This document shows, piece by piece, positions 1-9,763 of a stretch of 64,000 bases of DNA (positions are counted from its first letter, which is position 1; the number at the start of each line of letters is the position of its first letter). This stretch comes from Gammaproteobacteria bacterium. GTDB taxonomy: Bacteria > Pseudomonadota > Gammaproteobacteria > Poriferisulfidales > Poriferisulfidaceae. The stretch spans positions 32,099 to 96,098 of the forward strand of contig JAPPLD010000020.1 of assembly GCA_028819565.1 (NCBI GenBank), in the 5' to 3' direction. Position numbers and translations under genes: made by a program. Under the pieces are notes generated by a model. It was not told the origin of the DNA and did no database searches. It saw only the letters and a program-made list of their open reading frames with translations.

Positions 1-166
1 GACGGCTCTTGCGGCGCCAGTCGCGCTGTTGTTCCTGCATCTGGTCGCAACGTTTGACCAAGACTTGGTTGGCATTGACCAGACGCTCGCATAGCGTGGT
101 CAACGTGTCGACCTGTTGCTCAAGCGTGGTGAGCGCGGCTTCGACCGAAGGCTTGTTTAAGTCCAC
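1..166 (-). CDS. 5' fragment of a coiled-coil protein (ZapB/DUF904-like), runs off the window edge
   Basis: Minus-strand frame opens with GTG at 166, preceded by GAAGGAG, and stays open to position 1. The translation ...DLNKPSVEAALTTLEQQVDTLTTLCERLVNANQVLVKRCDQMQEQQRDWRRKS has a heptad-like pattern resembling ZapB. It is absent from the ORF track because it is truncated at the edge. Confidence 0.3.
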   Translation of the reverse strand, partial: MDLNKPSVEAALTTLEQQVDTLTTLCERLVNANQVLVKRCDQMQEQQRDWRRKSR

Positions 167-313
167 AATTAAGCGGCTCCTTCTCGACCTTCATTGAGTA
201 TAGCAAAAACTTGGCATGCTTTCCCTGCACGCTTGTGGAGGTCTTGCAACAAGGGAAAAGGCCTCGCGATGGCCTGTGCTGATGGCTTGGAGATCAGGTG
301 CGTGGCAGCCGGC

Positions 314-820
314 TTATCCCTGCAATGCGGCCATCGCTTCCGCGTAATTCGGCTCGTCTCCGATTTCAGGCACCAGTTCGGTGTACAGAACTTGGTTGTT
401 GCTGTCCAGCACCACGACGGCGCGGGCGGTAATCCCGGTCAGGGGCCCCTCGGCGATCAGTACGCCGTAGTCGCGCGCGAAGTCCCGGTTCCGCATCATT
501 GACAGGGTGACCAGGCGGTCGGCGCCCTGATCGGCGCAGAAGCGAGTCATGGCAAAAGGCAGGTCGGACGAGATCACCAGAACCACCGACTTGTCGTCGA
601 TTTTCTGGGCCTCTTGGTTGAATTGGACGGAAGATTTCGCGCAGACTGGGGTGTCGATACTGGGCAGGATTGAAAGCAGCTTTCGGGCATCGCCGAAGGT
701 GCCGAGGGTGGCTACGTTGAGGTCTCGGTCAACCAACTCAAAGTCCGGCGCGGTACTGCCGATCTCCGGCAGGGTACCTTCCAGGTTGACTTCGTTGCCG
801 TGCAGGGTGACGGTCGTCAT
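314..820 (-). CDS. tpx: thiol peroxidase (Tpx, atypical 2-Cys peroxiredoxin)
   Basis: ORF 314..967 minus. The N-terminus of a Tpx-like sequence (MTTVTLHGNEVNLEGTLPEIGSTAPDFELVD...SIDTPVCA) starts at internal Met50, with GGAGA six nt upstream of ATG at 820. About 168 aa, typical for Tpx. Confidence 0.85.
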   Translation of the reverse strand: MTTVTLHGNEVNLEGTLPEIGSTAPDFELVDRDLNVATLGTFGDARKLLSILPSIDTPVCAKSSVQFNQEAQKIDDKSVVLVISSDLPFAMTRFCADQGADRLVTLSMMRNRDFARDYGVLIAEGPLTGITARAVVVLDSNNQVLYTELVPEIGDEPNYAEAMAALQG

Positions 821-911
821 GAAATTCTCCTTCGGGGGATTTAGCGGACAGATTCTACCCGCTTTTGCCTGCATTGTAGAATGAGGCGCAAATTCATGCG
901 GGACGAATCGG

Positions 912-2129
912 TTGAGCCGACATAGCCTATTTACCTCCGAAGCCGTTTCCCGGGGCCACCCGGACAAAGTGTGCGATCAGATCTCGGATGCGGTGCTGGA
1001 CGAGGCGCTAGCACGGGATATCAATGCACGGGTTGCCGTGGAAACCCTGGTCAAGGATCAGCAGGTGATTTTGGCGGGAGAACTCTCGCTCGCCGAGGAC
1101 AAACAATTCAAGAAAGCGGATTACGAGCGGATCGTCCGTACTGTGATCGAAGACATTGGCTATACCGAAGACATTACCGAAGGCGAAGACATCAGGTTTG
1201 ACTCGACCCACTGCGAAATCAAAGTACACATTGGGGTACAGTCCCCGGATATCGGGCAGGGCGTGGACGCCGAGGAACAGGGCGCGGGCGATCAGGGCAT
1301 CATTTTCGGTTACGCCTGCGAGGACGACGAAGACATCTGGATGCCGGCCCCGATCCACTATGCGCACGAACTGATGCGTAAGCACGAGGAGGTCCGGGAA
1401 GAAGAAGGGAAGGACATCTTGCGCCCGGATGCAAAAAGCCAGGTCACGTTCCGCTACGACGGGAACGGGCGCCCGACGGAAGTTGACACGGTCGTGCTGT
1501 CCACCCAGCACAGCAAGGGGTACTCGCCACCGGAGAAGCAAAAGGAACTGCACGCATTCGTGCGCGAGAAAATCATCCATCCTGTTATCCTCCCGGAGTT
1601 GCGAGCCAAAGACTTAGAAATGCTCATCAACCCGACCGGAAAATTCGAAATCGGAGGCCCGGTCGGTGACTGCGGCGTCACCGGACGCAAGATCATCGTC
1701 GACACCTACGGCGGCATGGCCCGCCATGGCGGCGGGGCATTCTCCGGCAAGGACCCGTCCAAGGTAGACCGCTCGGCCGCTTACGCGGCACGCTACGTGG
1801 CCCGGCATATCGTCGGCGGCGGTTTCGCCCGGCGCTGCGAGGTGCAACTGGCCTATGCGATCGGCTGGCCCAAGCCGGTGTCGGTCCGGGTCGATACGTT
1901 CGGAACCGGAACGATTTCGGAAGAACGCCTGAACGAAGTGCTGATGGCTGGCGAAGTCTTCAAGCTGTCGCCCGGAGGAATCGTTAAAATGCTTGGTCTT
2001 CTGGATGAACCCCGCAGATTTCGTTACCAGGACACGGCCAAGCATGGGCACTTCGGCTACCCGGACGGGGTATTTCCATGGGAAAACTTGGATCAGCTGG
2101 ATGAATTGAAAAAAGCGCTGGGAGTATAG
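912..2129 (+). CDS. metK: S-adenosylmethionine synthetase (methionine adenosyltransferase)
   Basis: 405 aa with TTG start. FTSEAVSRGHPDKVCDQISDAVLD matches the MetK signature GHPDK(V/I)CDQ(I/V)SDA. Adjacent to ahcY. Confidence 0.9.
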   Translation: MSRHSLFTSEAVSRGHPDKVCDQISDAVLDEALARDINARVAVETLVKDQQVILAGELSLAEDKQFKKADYERIVRTVIEDIGYTEDITEGEDIRFDSTHCEIKVHIGVQSPDIGQGVDAEEQGAGDQGIIFGYACEDDEDIWMPAPIHYAHELMRKHEEVREEEGKDILRPDAKSQVTFRYDGNGRPTEVDTVVLSTQHSKGYSPPEKQKELHAFVREKIIHPVILPELRAKDLEMLINPTGKFEIGGPVGDCGVTGRKIIVDTYGGMARHGGGAFSGKDPSKVDRSAAYAARYVARHIVGGGFARRCEVQLAYAIGWPKPVSVRVDTFGTGTISEERLNEVLMAGEVFKLSPGGIVKMLGLLDEPRRFRYQDTAKHGHFGYPDGVFPWENLDQLDELKKALGV

Positions 2130-2139
2130 TTAACAGGTT

Positions 2140-3450
2140 ATGACTGAGCCCGCCACTCAACTCCGCCCGGACCACCAGGTCGCCGACTTGGGATTGGCCG
2201 CCTGGGGCCACAAGGAGATCGCGATCGCCCGCACCGAAATGCCCGGGTTGGTCGCGCTGCGTGATAAATACAAGGACAAGCAACCGCTGGCGGGTGCCCG
2301 CATTGCAGGCTGTCTGCACATGACGATCCAGACTGCCGTGCTGATCGAGACCCTCGTGGCGCTTGGTGCCGAAGTGCGTTGGTCGTCCTGCAACATCTAC
2401 TCGACTCAGGATCATGCCGCGGCCGCGGCCGCCGAGCAGGGCATTCCGGTGTTTGCCTGGAAGGGGGAGACCGAGGAAGAATACGAGGAGTGCATCCGCC
2501 GGACCATCGAGGGCCCGGATGGCTGGATCCCGAACCTGCTGCTGGACGATGGTGGCGACCTGACGCGCATGATGCACGACGAATACCCGGAATTGCTCGA
2601 TCAGGTGCGTGGCATCTCCGAAGAGACGACCACCGGCGTCAACCGCCTGTACGCCATGTACGAGAAAGGGGAGTTGAAGGTGCCGGCGATCAACGTGAAC
2701 GACTCGGTCACCAAGTCCAAGTTCGACAACACCTACGGTTGCCGCGAGTCCCTCCTCGACGGCCTCAAGCGGGCGACCGACGTGATGATTGCAGGCAAGA
2801 TCTGCGTGGTCTCGGGATACGGCGGGGTCGGAAAGGGCTGTGCCCAGTCCCTGCGGGCGCAGGGCGCGATCGTGTGGATTACGGAAGTGGATCCGATCTG
2901 CGCGCTGCAGGCGGCGATGGAAGGCCTGCCGGTGGTAACCATGGAGGAGGCTACGCCGAAGGCCGACATCTTCGTCACTGCGACCGGCTGCCATCATGTG
3001 ATCACCTTCGAGCATATGTGGCAGATGAAGAACGAGGCGATCGTCTGCAACATTGGACACTTCGATAACGAGATCGATATCGCTTCGCTGGACAATTACG
3101 CCTGGGAAGAAATCAAGCCGCAGGTCGACCACGTGACTTTCCCCGACGGCAAGCGCCTGATCGTGCTGGCCAAGGGGCGGCTGGTCAACCTGGGCTGTGC
3201 CACCGGGCATCCCAGTTTCGTGATGTCGTGCTCGTTCGCCAACCAGATACTGGCCCAGATCGAATTGTGGCAGCGCCCGGACGACTACGAACTCGGCGTG
3301 CATACCCTGCCGAAGGAGAAGGACGAAGAGGTGGCACGCCTGCACTTGGATAAGCTGGGTGTCCGGCTGACCGCCCTGACGCCGGAACAGGCGGAGTACC
3401 TGGGCGTTGGCGTGGACGGACCCTACAAGCCGGAACACTACCGCTATTGA
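2140..3450 (+). CDS. ahcY: adenosylhomocysteinase (S-adenosyl-L-homocysteine hydrolase)
   Basis: 436 aa. The N-terminus [27 protein letters not shown] and an NAD-binding [18 protein letters not shown] Rossmann motif are typical of AhcY. Part of the metK-ahcY methyl-cycle pair. Confidence 0.9.
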   Translation: MTEPATQLRPDHQVADLGLAAWGHKEIAIARTEMPGLVALRDKYKDKQPLAGARIAGCLHMTIQTAVLIETLVALGAEVRWSSCNIYSTQDHAAAAAAEQGIPVFAWKGETEEEYEECIRRTIEGPDGWIPNLLLDDGGDLTRMMHDEYPELLDQVRGISEETTTGVNRLYAMYEKGELKVPAINVNDSVTKSKFDNTYGCRESLLDGLKRATDVMIAGKICVVSGYGGVGKGCAQSLRAQGAIVWITEVDPICALQAAMEGLPVVTMEEATPKADIFVTATGCHHVITFEHMWQMKNEAIVCNIGHFDNEIDIASLDNYAWEEIKPQVDHVTFPDGKRLIVLAKGRLVNLGCATGHPSFVMSCSFANQILAQIELWQRPDDYELGVHTLPKEKDEEVARLHLDKLGVRLTALTPEQAEYLGVGVDGPYKPEHYRY

Positions 3451-3477
3451 TGACACGTAAGGCGTCGGGCCCGGTTC

Positions 3478-4434
3478 GTGGGTGAGCTGCGCCGCGTCGC
3501 CGTTGTCATGGATCCGCCGGAGCGGATCCAACCCGCCAAGGATTCAACCGTCGCCCTGATGCTGGCGGCGCAGGCGCGGGGCGCCGAAATCTACATCACG
3601 ACCCCTTCCGACCTTTGCGGCGGCCCGACCGGCGTGGATGCGCATGTCCGCAGGGTCCAGGTTGCCGACCAGACCGACTGGTGGCAGGTCCGGGAGGAGG
3701 GCTCGGTGGCACTGACGGAGTTCGACGTGGTGCTGATGCGCAAGGACCCGCCGGTCGATATGGCGTACATCGCCACCACCTGGCTGCTGGATCAGGTTCG
3801 TGCCGCAGGCGTCTGTGTGCTCAATGCCCCAAAGACGCTGCGCAACATGAACGAAAAGCTCTCCATTGTGCCGTTCGCTGACCTGGCGCCGCCGTTGCTG
3901 GTGAGCGCGCGCCGGGACGACCTGGAGGGGTTCTTAGCGGAGTACAATGAGATCGTCATCAAGCCACTCGACCGTATGGGAGGAGCTTTGGTGTACCGCT
4001 TGCGCCTTGATGATGCCGACTTGGCTTCCATCATCGAGTCCGTCACGCACCAGGGGACCGTGCCGGTGATGGCGCAGCGTTTTATTCCCGAAGTCACGGA
4101 AGGGGATCGCCGCCTGCTGCTGATCGACGGGGAATTGATCCCGGATGTCGCCGTGCGCATTCCCAAGGCCGGTGAATTCCTCGCCAACCTTGCCCAGGGC
4201 GGGACCCTGCGGGTCGAGCCCGCCAATGATCGCGACCGCGAGATCGCCGACCGCCTCGGGGCGCCCCTGCGGGACGCCGGGGTCTGCTTTGCCGGCGCGG
4301 ATGTCGTCGGGGGATGGCTGACCGAAATCAACATCACGTCGCCGACCTGCATCCGGGAGGTAGAGGCGCACACCGGGCAGGCAGTGGCGATGCGCTTCTG
4401 GGATGCCGTGGCCGACCACTGGCTGGAGACCTGA
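3478..4434 (+). CDS. gshB: glutathione synthetase (ATP-grasp)
   Basis: 318 aa. VAVVMDPPERIQPAKDSTVALMLAAQARG aligns with the E. coli GshB N-terminus (MDPIEHINIKKDSSFAMLLEAQRRG). C-terminal ATP-grasp region present. Conserved position upstream of the tonB-like/yqgE/ruvX genes. Confidence 0.85.
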   Translation: MGELRRVAVVMDPPERIQPAKDSTVALMLAAQARGAEIYITTPSDLCGGPTGVDAHVRRVQVADQTDWWQVREEGSVALTEFDVVLMRKDPPVDMAYIATTWLLDQVRAAGVCVLNAPKTLRNMNEKLSIVPFADLAPPLLVSARRDDLEGFLAEYNEIVIKPLDRMGGALVYRLRLDDADLASIIESVTHQGTVPVMAQRFIPEVTEGDRRLLLIDGELIPDVAVRIPKAGEFLANLAQGGTLRVEPANDRDREIADRLGAPLRDAGVCFAGADVVGGWLTEINITSPTCIREVEAHTGQAVAMRFWDAVADHWLET

Positions 4435-4439
4435 CCCCC

Positions 4440-5021
4440 ATGCAACCGCTATTGCCTGCGGTTCCCGATTCCGAACGTTTGGCATTCTGCCTGTTTCTTG
4501 CGCTGGCGTTCCACGGCATGGTGATATTGGGCGTGACGTTTTCGTCTGCGCAGCCGGGAGCGAAACTGAATTTCGAGGTGTTCTGGGTCGGAGGCATGGG
4601 CCGATTGACCTCCGTGGCGGAGGCTGGAGAGGGATCACCTTGGCCTTCTTCCTCGATACCCATCCCGACTTTGGCGAGAGGTCTGGATGGAAAGATGCCG
4701 GAGGCGTATACTCTGGAACAGGAATATGTGCGCCAGTGGGTGGAGCGCACGGAACACTTGGGTAACGGCATGGTGCAGGGTCTCGATGGAGAAGTAGTCG
4801 TGCATGTGGTGGTGAATGCGCAGGGCGGGGTTCGGCAGTTCGAAGCCGAACCGGGGCCGAAGCCTCTGGCCGATGCCGCCCGCAGGATCGTGATGAAATC
4901 GCAGCCGCACGCGCCGTTTTCCGAGGAACTTCGCCAGCACCGCGACCAGTTGCAGATCAGCCGTCGCTGGTTGTTCGGGGAGTCGGCCGGGCTGTACGCC
5001 GCGGAGTCGCTCCGTCCATGA
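4440..5021 (+). CDS. TonB-family energy transducer-like protein (N-terminal TM helix, C-terminal TonB-like domain)
   Basis: In-frame ATG at 4440 within ORF 4314..5021. Hydrophobic segment LAFCLFLALAFHGMVILGVTF followed by a TonB C-terminal-like stretch (VVHVVVNAQGGVRQFEAE). Position matches the tonB-like gene of the Pseudomonas gshB-tonB-yqgE-ruvX-pyrR-pyrB block. Confidence 0.45.
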   Translation: MQPLLPAVPDSERLAFCLFLALAFHGMVILGVTFSSAQPGAKLNFEVFWVGGMGRLTSVAEAGEGSPWPSSSIPIPTLARGLDGKMPEAYTLEQEYVRQWVERTEHLGNGMVQGLDGEVVVHVVVNAQGGVRQFEAEPGPKPLADAARRIVMKSQPHAPFSEELRQHRDQLQISRRWLFGESAGLYAAESLRP

Positions 5022-5575
5022 AGACCTTGCGCGGCCGGATGCTGGTGGCGGCCCCGGATCTGCAGGATTCGATTTTCCAGCGTTCCCTGATTCTGGTTTG
5101 CGAGCATGAAGAGGAGAAGGGCGCGATGGGTTTCATCGTGAACCATCCCTCGGAAATGACCCTGCACGATCTGCTCGTCGATATGAAGATTACACCGGAG
5201 GTGGAACAGAACCTCGCCCGGCCGGTCTTCCTCGGCGGCCCGGTGCAGCCGAACCTGGGTTTCGGGCTGTACTCGGGAACCTACGAAATGTCGGACAGCG
5301 CGGAGATCGACGACCGGGTCCGGGTCACGGCGTCCCGTTCCCTGCTGGAGCACTGCGCAGTCGGCAAGGGGCCGGAGAACCTGCTGGTGACGATGGGCTA
5401 TTCCGGTTGGTCTCCCGGGCAACTGGAGCAAGAACTGGATACCGGTTCGTGGTGGCTGACCTCCCCGTCGCCAGAGTTGTTGTTCGACCTGCCCCCGGAG
5501 CGCCGCTGGGGCAAGGCGCTCGAGCAGTTGGGCTTGGAGGAGTCATCCCTGTATTTCGGAAGCGGGCATGCCTGA
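5018..5575 (+). CDS. yqgE: YqgE/AlgH family protein
   Basis: 185 aa. MLVAAPDLQDSIFQRSLILVCEHEEEKGAMGFIVNHP is characteristic of the YqgE/AlgH family. 4-nt overlap with the upstream gene and an overlap with ruvX. Confidence 0.8.
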   Translation: MKTLRGRMLVAAPDLQDSIFQRSLILVCEHEEEKGAMGFIVNHPSEMTLHDLLVDMKITPEVEQNLARPVFLGGPVQPNLGFGLYSGTYEMSDSAEIDDRVRVTASRSLLEHCAVGKGPENLLVTMGYSGWSPGQLEQELDTGSWWLTSPSPELLFDLPPERRWGKALEQLGLEESSLYFGSGHA

Positions 5576-6020
5576 CGCGTATAAGGTGGCCTTGGGATTT
5601 GATTTTGGATTGGCCCGGATTGGCGTGGCGGTGGGCTCCCTGGAGGTTGCGACCGCACGCGGGCTGGATGTGGTCGCTAACCGCGCTGGTGCCGTCGATT
5701 GGCCGGAGATCGACCGCTTGATCCAGACTTGGCGCCCTAGCGTGCTGGTGGTGGGCGAGCCGGAGGCGCAGACCGGATCCGGCGACCGCCTGCCTCGCGC
5801 ATTGCGCCGGTTTTGCACTGAATTGGGGTCCCGCTACGAATTGCCGGTGGCCCGGATCAACGAGGATTATTCTTCCGAGTGCGCCCGTGCCGAACTGCGC
5901 GCACAGCGCCAGGAGGGGGCTCGGAAAAAGCTCGCGCGGGGTGAAACTGATAAGATGGCCGCCGCCTATATCCTGAATGCTTGGCTGTCGGAGCAGCATG
6001 TCATCGCACGAGAGGGTTGA
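5568..6020 (+). CDS. ruvX: Holliday junction resolvase-like pre-16S rRNA nuclease RuvX (YqgF)
   Basis: 150 aa. ALGFDFGLARIGVAVGS matches the RuvX N-terminal motif (GxDxGxKRIGVA). Conserved yqgE-ruvX pairing. Confidence 0.85.
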   Translation: MPDAYKVALGFDFGLARIGVAVGSLEVATARGLDVVANRAGAVDWPEIDRLIQTWRPSVLVVGEPEAQTGSGDRLPRALRRFCTELGSRYELPVARINEDYSSECARAELRAQRQEGARKKLARGETDKMAAAYILNAWLSEQHVIAREG

Positions 6021-6534
6021 TGTCGGTGCCGTACTCGCCCATCTTGGCGATTCTGTTAAATCCTTCCTGACTACCCGCGGAATCAATTTGCCGGTTTTCG
6101 TCGGCATCCACACCGGCGGTGTGTGGGTGGCGCAAGCGCTGCACGCGCACTGCGCGGTCGCCGAGCCGTTGGGCATGCTGGACGTCAGCTACCACCGCGA
6201 TGACGTGGCACGCACTGGGGTGCGGCCGCTGAAGCCGGTCCGCATGCCGGCGTCGCTGGACGACCGGCATGTCCTGTTGATCGACGACGTGCTGTTCACC
6301 GGCCGGACAACCCGCGCGGCGCTCAACGAACTGTTCGAATACGGCCGGCCGGCCTCGGTTTCGCTGGTGGTGCTGGTGGAGCGGCCGGGGCGGGAGATTC
6401 CGGTGGCACCGGATCTGACCGGAATGCGCTTGGAACTGGGCCCGGAAGACCGGGTCAAACTTCAGGGTCCGGATCCCATGGAACTGGTGATCACGCGGCC
6501 CAACGACTCGTTGCTGGAAGAGCCCGCCCGGTGA
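5998..6534 (+). CDS. pyrR: bifunctional pyrimidine operon regulator / uracil phosphoribosyltransferase PyrR
   Basis: ORF 5977..6534. Contains the PRPP-binding motif [18 protein letters not shown]. Starting from the second Met (5998) gives ~178 aa, typical of PyrR. Lies directly upstream of pyrB. Confidence 0.8.
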   Translation: MSSHERVDVGAVLAHLGDSVKSFLTTRGINLPVFVGIHTGGVWVAQALHAHCAVAEPLGMLDVSYHRDDVARTGVRPLKPVRMPASLDDRHVLLIDDVLFTGRTTRAALNELFEYGRPASVSLVVLVERPGREIPVAPDLTGMRLELGPEDRVKLQGPDPMELVITRPNDSLLEEPAR

Positions 6535-7526
6535 GTTCGACTCAGCCGACACTGTTCCGGTTGCCGCCTGCGGCGCAATATCAATTGGACGAGGAAGGGC
6601 GCTTGCGTCACTTCCTGACCATCGAGGGATTGCCGACCGCGCTCCTGGAAGAGATCCTGAGTACCGCGCAGTCGTTTCATACGGCTTCGGACCAGGCGGC
6701 GCGGAAGGTTCCGTTGCTCCGCGGTAAAACCATCGTCAACCTGTTCTTCGAGGCAAGCACCCGCACCCGCACCACGTTCGAGCTCGCGGCCAAGCGCCTG
6801 TCCGCCGACGTGCTCAACCTGGACATGGCCACCGCCGCCACAACCAAGGGCGAGAGCCTGCTGGACACTCTGCGCAATCTCGAGGCGATGCACTGCGACA
6901 TGTTCGTGGTGCGCCATCACCAGAGCGGTGCGGCACATTTCATCGTCCGCCACGTCGCCGAGCACATCAGCGTCATCAATGCAGGCGACGGTCGGCATGC
7001 GCACCCGACCCAGGCCATGCTTGACATGTTTACCTTGCGTCAGCATTTCCCGGATTTCAGCGCAATCACGGTCGTGATCGTCGGCGACATCCTGCATTCG
7101 CGGGTGGCGCGCTCCGAGATTCAGGCCTTGCGCGCTCTGGGGGTCGGCGAGATCCGGGTGATTGCACCGCGGACTCTGCTGCCTCGCGAGGCAACTAGCT
7201 TGGGAGTGATTCCGTTCAAGTCCATGGAAGAAGGCTTGGTCGGGGCGCAGGCGGTAATCATGCTGCGCCTGCAGAAGGAGCGGATGCATGGCAGTTTCGT
7301 GCCGAGCGAGACTGAATATTACCGGCTCTACGGCCTGACTCGCGCACGGGTGGAATTACTGGCGGAGGATGGGATCGTGATGCATCCGGGTCCCGTCAAC
7401 CGCGGAGTGGAAATCGAGTCGGCCGTGGTGGATGGCCCTCGGTCGGTAATCCTAAAACAGGTCCGGAACGGGATTGCGGTGCGCATGGCGATCCTGTCCA
7501 TGGCGATGCGGAGGCATGCCTGGTAA
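6531..7526 (+). CDS. pyrB: aspartate carbamoyltransferase catalytic subunit
   Basis: 331 aa. STRTRTTFE (the STRTR carbamoyl-phosphate motif) and HPTQAMLD (the HPxQ motif) are present. 4-nt overlap with pyrR. Confidence 0.9.
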   Translation: MSSTQPTLFRLPPAAQYQLDEEGRLRHFLTIEGLPTALLEEILSTAQSFHTASDQAARKVPLLRGKTIVNLFFEASTRTRTTFELAAKRLSADVLNLDMATAATTKGESLLDTLRNLEAMHCDMFVVRHHQSGAAHFIVRHVAEHISVINAGDGRHAHPTQAMLDMFTLRQHFPDFSAITVVIVGDILHSRVARSEIQALRALGVGEIRVIAPRTLLPREATSLGVIPFKSMEEGLVGAQAVIMLRLQKERMHGSFVPSETEYYRLYGLTRARVELLAEDGIVMHPGPVNRGVEIESAVVDGPRSVILKQVRNGIAVRMAILSMAMRRHAW

Positions 7527-8809
7527 TGCGCTTGGCGATACGCGGAGGATACGTTCTCGACCCGGCTGGCGGGACGGATGCGGTGCGCGACGTGTTCTGT
7601 GCCCGCGGGAAGATCGTCGGGTTGGGGACGGCGACGGAAGAGTTCGAGGCGGAACAGGTCGTGGATGCCCAAGGCTGTCTGGTGATGCCGGGCGCAGTGG
7701 ATTTAGCGGTCTGCCTCAACCCGATGGGTGAGCAGCGCGCCAGCGTGGAAAGCGAGACCCGGGCCGCGGTGGCGGGCGGCGTGACCACGGTCTGCTCGGT
7801 GGCCGAGACGCAGCCGATCCCTGACTCGCCGGCAGCAGTGAGGCTTCTGATGGAGCAGGCGCAACAGGCCGGTTTCGCTCGGCTGGAAACCTTGGGCGCG
7901 GCCATGCACGGGTTGGGAGATACGCAACTGGCCAGTCTTGGTGCGTTGCGCGAAGCGGGCTGTGTCGGGGTCAGCAACGGGACGCGGCCCTACGCCAACC
8001 TGCTGGTGCTGCGTCGGGCCATGGAGTATGCGGCCAGTCAGGACTTGACCCTGTTTTACCACCCCTTGGATCATGCCTTGGCAGGTCAGGGCTGCGCGCA
8101 TGAAGGCACTTTCGCGGCCCGGCTGGGCCTACCGGGAATCCTGCCGGCAGCGGAAACCGCTGCCTTGGCGCAGATGACGGCCTTGGTACAGGATACCGGC
8201 GCACGGGTCCATTTCTGCCGGCTTTCCTGTGCACAGGCGGTGGATATGCTGGAAATCGGGCGGCAAGCGGGCTTGCCGGTGACGGCGGATGTGGCGGTGC
8301 ATCAGTTGTTTTTGACGGAAGAGGCTGTGGAAGGGTTCGAGGTCAACGCGCTGGTCAGTCCACCCCTGCGCACCGAACATGACCGGCAACGTTTACGCGA
8401 AGGTGTGCGGGATGGAGTAATCCAAGCGATTTGCTCGGATCACCAGCCGCTGGACCCGGATTCGAAGATGGCGCCGTTTCCCGAGGCTCGGCCTGGCATC
8501 TCGGGGATCGAGACGTTGTTGCCGCTGACCATGGAACTGGTGACCGAGGATATCCTCACGCGGGCGACCGCGGTGGAACGGCTGACGGCAGGTCCGGCCG
8601 AGATCCTGGGGCGCAACACGGGGACGTTGGCTGTCGGAGCGCCGGCGGATCTTTGCGTGGTGCGGTTGGACGACCCTTGGACTTTTGACGTGGAAGGAAT
8701 GCTGAGCGCAGGGCGGAACACGCCGTTCGATGGCTGGCAGTTCCATGATCGGGTGCAGGCGACTATTTGCGCCGGTCGTATTGTCTACGAGCGGGAAGGA
8801 GAGGTGTAA
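7526..8809 (+). CDS. dihydroorotase-like protein (PyrC' type, amidohydrolase fold, usually non-catalytic ATCase partner)
   Basis: 427 aa amidohydrolase-family sequence immediately after pyrB, as in the Pseudomonas pyrB-pyrC' arrangement. No obvious HxH metal motif near the N-terminus, consistent with an inactive DHOase-like subunit. Confidence 0.65.
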   Translation: MRLAIRGGYVLDPAGGTDAVRDVFCARGKIVGLGTATEEFEAEQVVDAQGCLVMPGAVDLAVCLNPMGEQRASVESETRAAVAGGVTTVCSVAETQPIPDSPAAVRLLMEQAQQAGFARLETLGAAMHGLGDTQLASLGALREAGCVGVSNGTRPYANLLVLRRAMEYAASQDLTLFYHPLDHALAGQGCAHEGTFAARLGLPGILPAAETAALAQMTALVQDTGARVHFCRLSCAQAVDMLEIGRQAGLPVTADVAVHQLFLTEEAVEGFEVNALVSPPLRTEHDRQRLREGVRDGVIQAICSDHQPLDPDSKMAPFPEARPGISGIETLLPLTMELVTEDILTRATAVERLTAGPAEILGRNTGTLAVGAPADLCVVRLDDPWTFDVEGMLSAGRNTPFDGWQFHDRVQATICAGRIVYEREGEV

Positions 8810-9693
8810 TGGAAGAATTCCGTAACGTCATCCACAGCCTTGACGCCCGGGTCGTCCAAGTGAGCCACCTAGAAGCGGATCAGCATGCGCTGGTGATCGA
8901 CGCCCCGGCGATCGCCGAATCCGCCACGCCGGGCAGTTTTGTTCATCTGGGCGTGCATGCCGAGCCATCCATGATGCGTCGCCCGCTCTCCATCCTGTGG
9001 AGTGACCCAGAGCGCGGGACGATCGAGGTGCTGTACAAGATAGTCGGAAAAGGGACGGAGGAGTTGGCGCGTGTTCAGGAAGGCGAGATACTGCCGGCGC
9101 TCGGTCCGATCGGGCGGGGGTTCCAGGCCGAACCGGATCGGGATCGTCCCCTGTTGATCGGAGGTGGGGTCGGAATCCCGCCGATCCTGTTCCTGGCCCG
9201 CGAAATCAAGGAGCACACCGTACCGCTGGTGGTGATGGGGTCGGAGATTCCCTTTCCGTTCACAAGCCGCCCCTCGACCATCCGGGTCCCGGGAATGCCG
9301 GACGGCGTCATCGCAGGCATGAGCCTGCTCGAGGACTGGGGTGTCGCTTCCCGCTTGTGTTCCACCCAGGGTTACGCTGGTTGCTACGACGGCTATGTCG
9401 ATGCGGCTGCCCGGATGTGGCTTGAGACCCAGACTCCAGAGCAACGTGCGCGGGTCGCCGTGTTCACGTGCGGGCCGGTGCCGATGCTGGAGGCGGTGGC
9501 CCGGTTGGCACGGGAGTTCGACGTGCCATGCCAGGTCTGCATGGAGGAATACATGGCATGTGCGGTGGGCGGGTGCGCGGGCTGTACGGTCCCGGTGTTG
9601 GGTGAAAACGGTTGGGCCATGAAGCGGGTGTGCGTGGACGGCCCGGTGTTCGATGCGCAGGCGGTGTTTCCGGAGGGAACCTATGCGCTCTAG
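8809..9693 (+). CDS. PyrK-like FAD/NAD-binding oxidoreductase with C-terminal 2Fe-2S Cys cluster (dihydroorotate dehydrogenase electron-transfer subunit family)
   Basis: ORF 8767..9693, with an ATG overlapping the pyrC' stop (TAATG). RPLSI FAD-binding motif, GGGVGIPP NAD-binding motif, and a C-terminal CQVCMEEYMACAVGGCAGC cluster typical of PyrK. Confidence 0.55.
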   Translation: MEEFRNVIHSLDARVVQVSHLEADQHALVIDAPAIAESATPGSFVHLGVHAEPSMMRRPLSILWSDPERGTIEVLYKIVGKGTEELARVQEGEILPALGPIGRGFQAEPDRDRPLLIGGGVGIPPILFLAREIKEHTVPLVVMGSEIPFPFTSRPSTIRVPGMPDGVIAGMSLLEDWGVASRLCSTQGYAGCYDGYVDAAARMWLETQTPEQRARVAVFTCGPVPMLEAVARLAREFDVPCQVCMEEYMACAVGGCAGCTVPVLGENGWAMKRVCVDGPVFDAQAVFPEGTYAL

Positions 9694-9763
9694 CCCGGTC
9701 TCATGAGTGGATTGAAGTAGAGATTTATTAACAGAATGTTCACGTAAGCCAATATAATTTCTA

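Noticed and set aside
1984-3531. 515-aa minus-strand ORF antisense to ahcY
   Set aside because: Pro/Arg/Gly/His-rich low-complexity translation typical of the opposite strand of a high-GC gene. ahcY on the plus strand has clear family motifs.
4334-5431. 365-aa minus-strand ORF across the tonB-like and yqgE genes
   Set aside because: Low-complexity Arg/Pro/Ser-rich antisense frame. The plus-strand genes fit conserved synteny.
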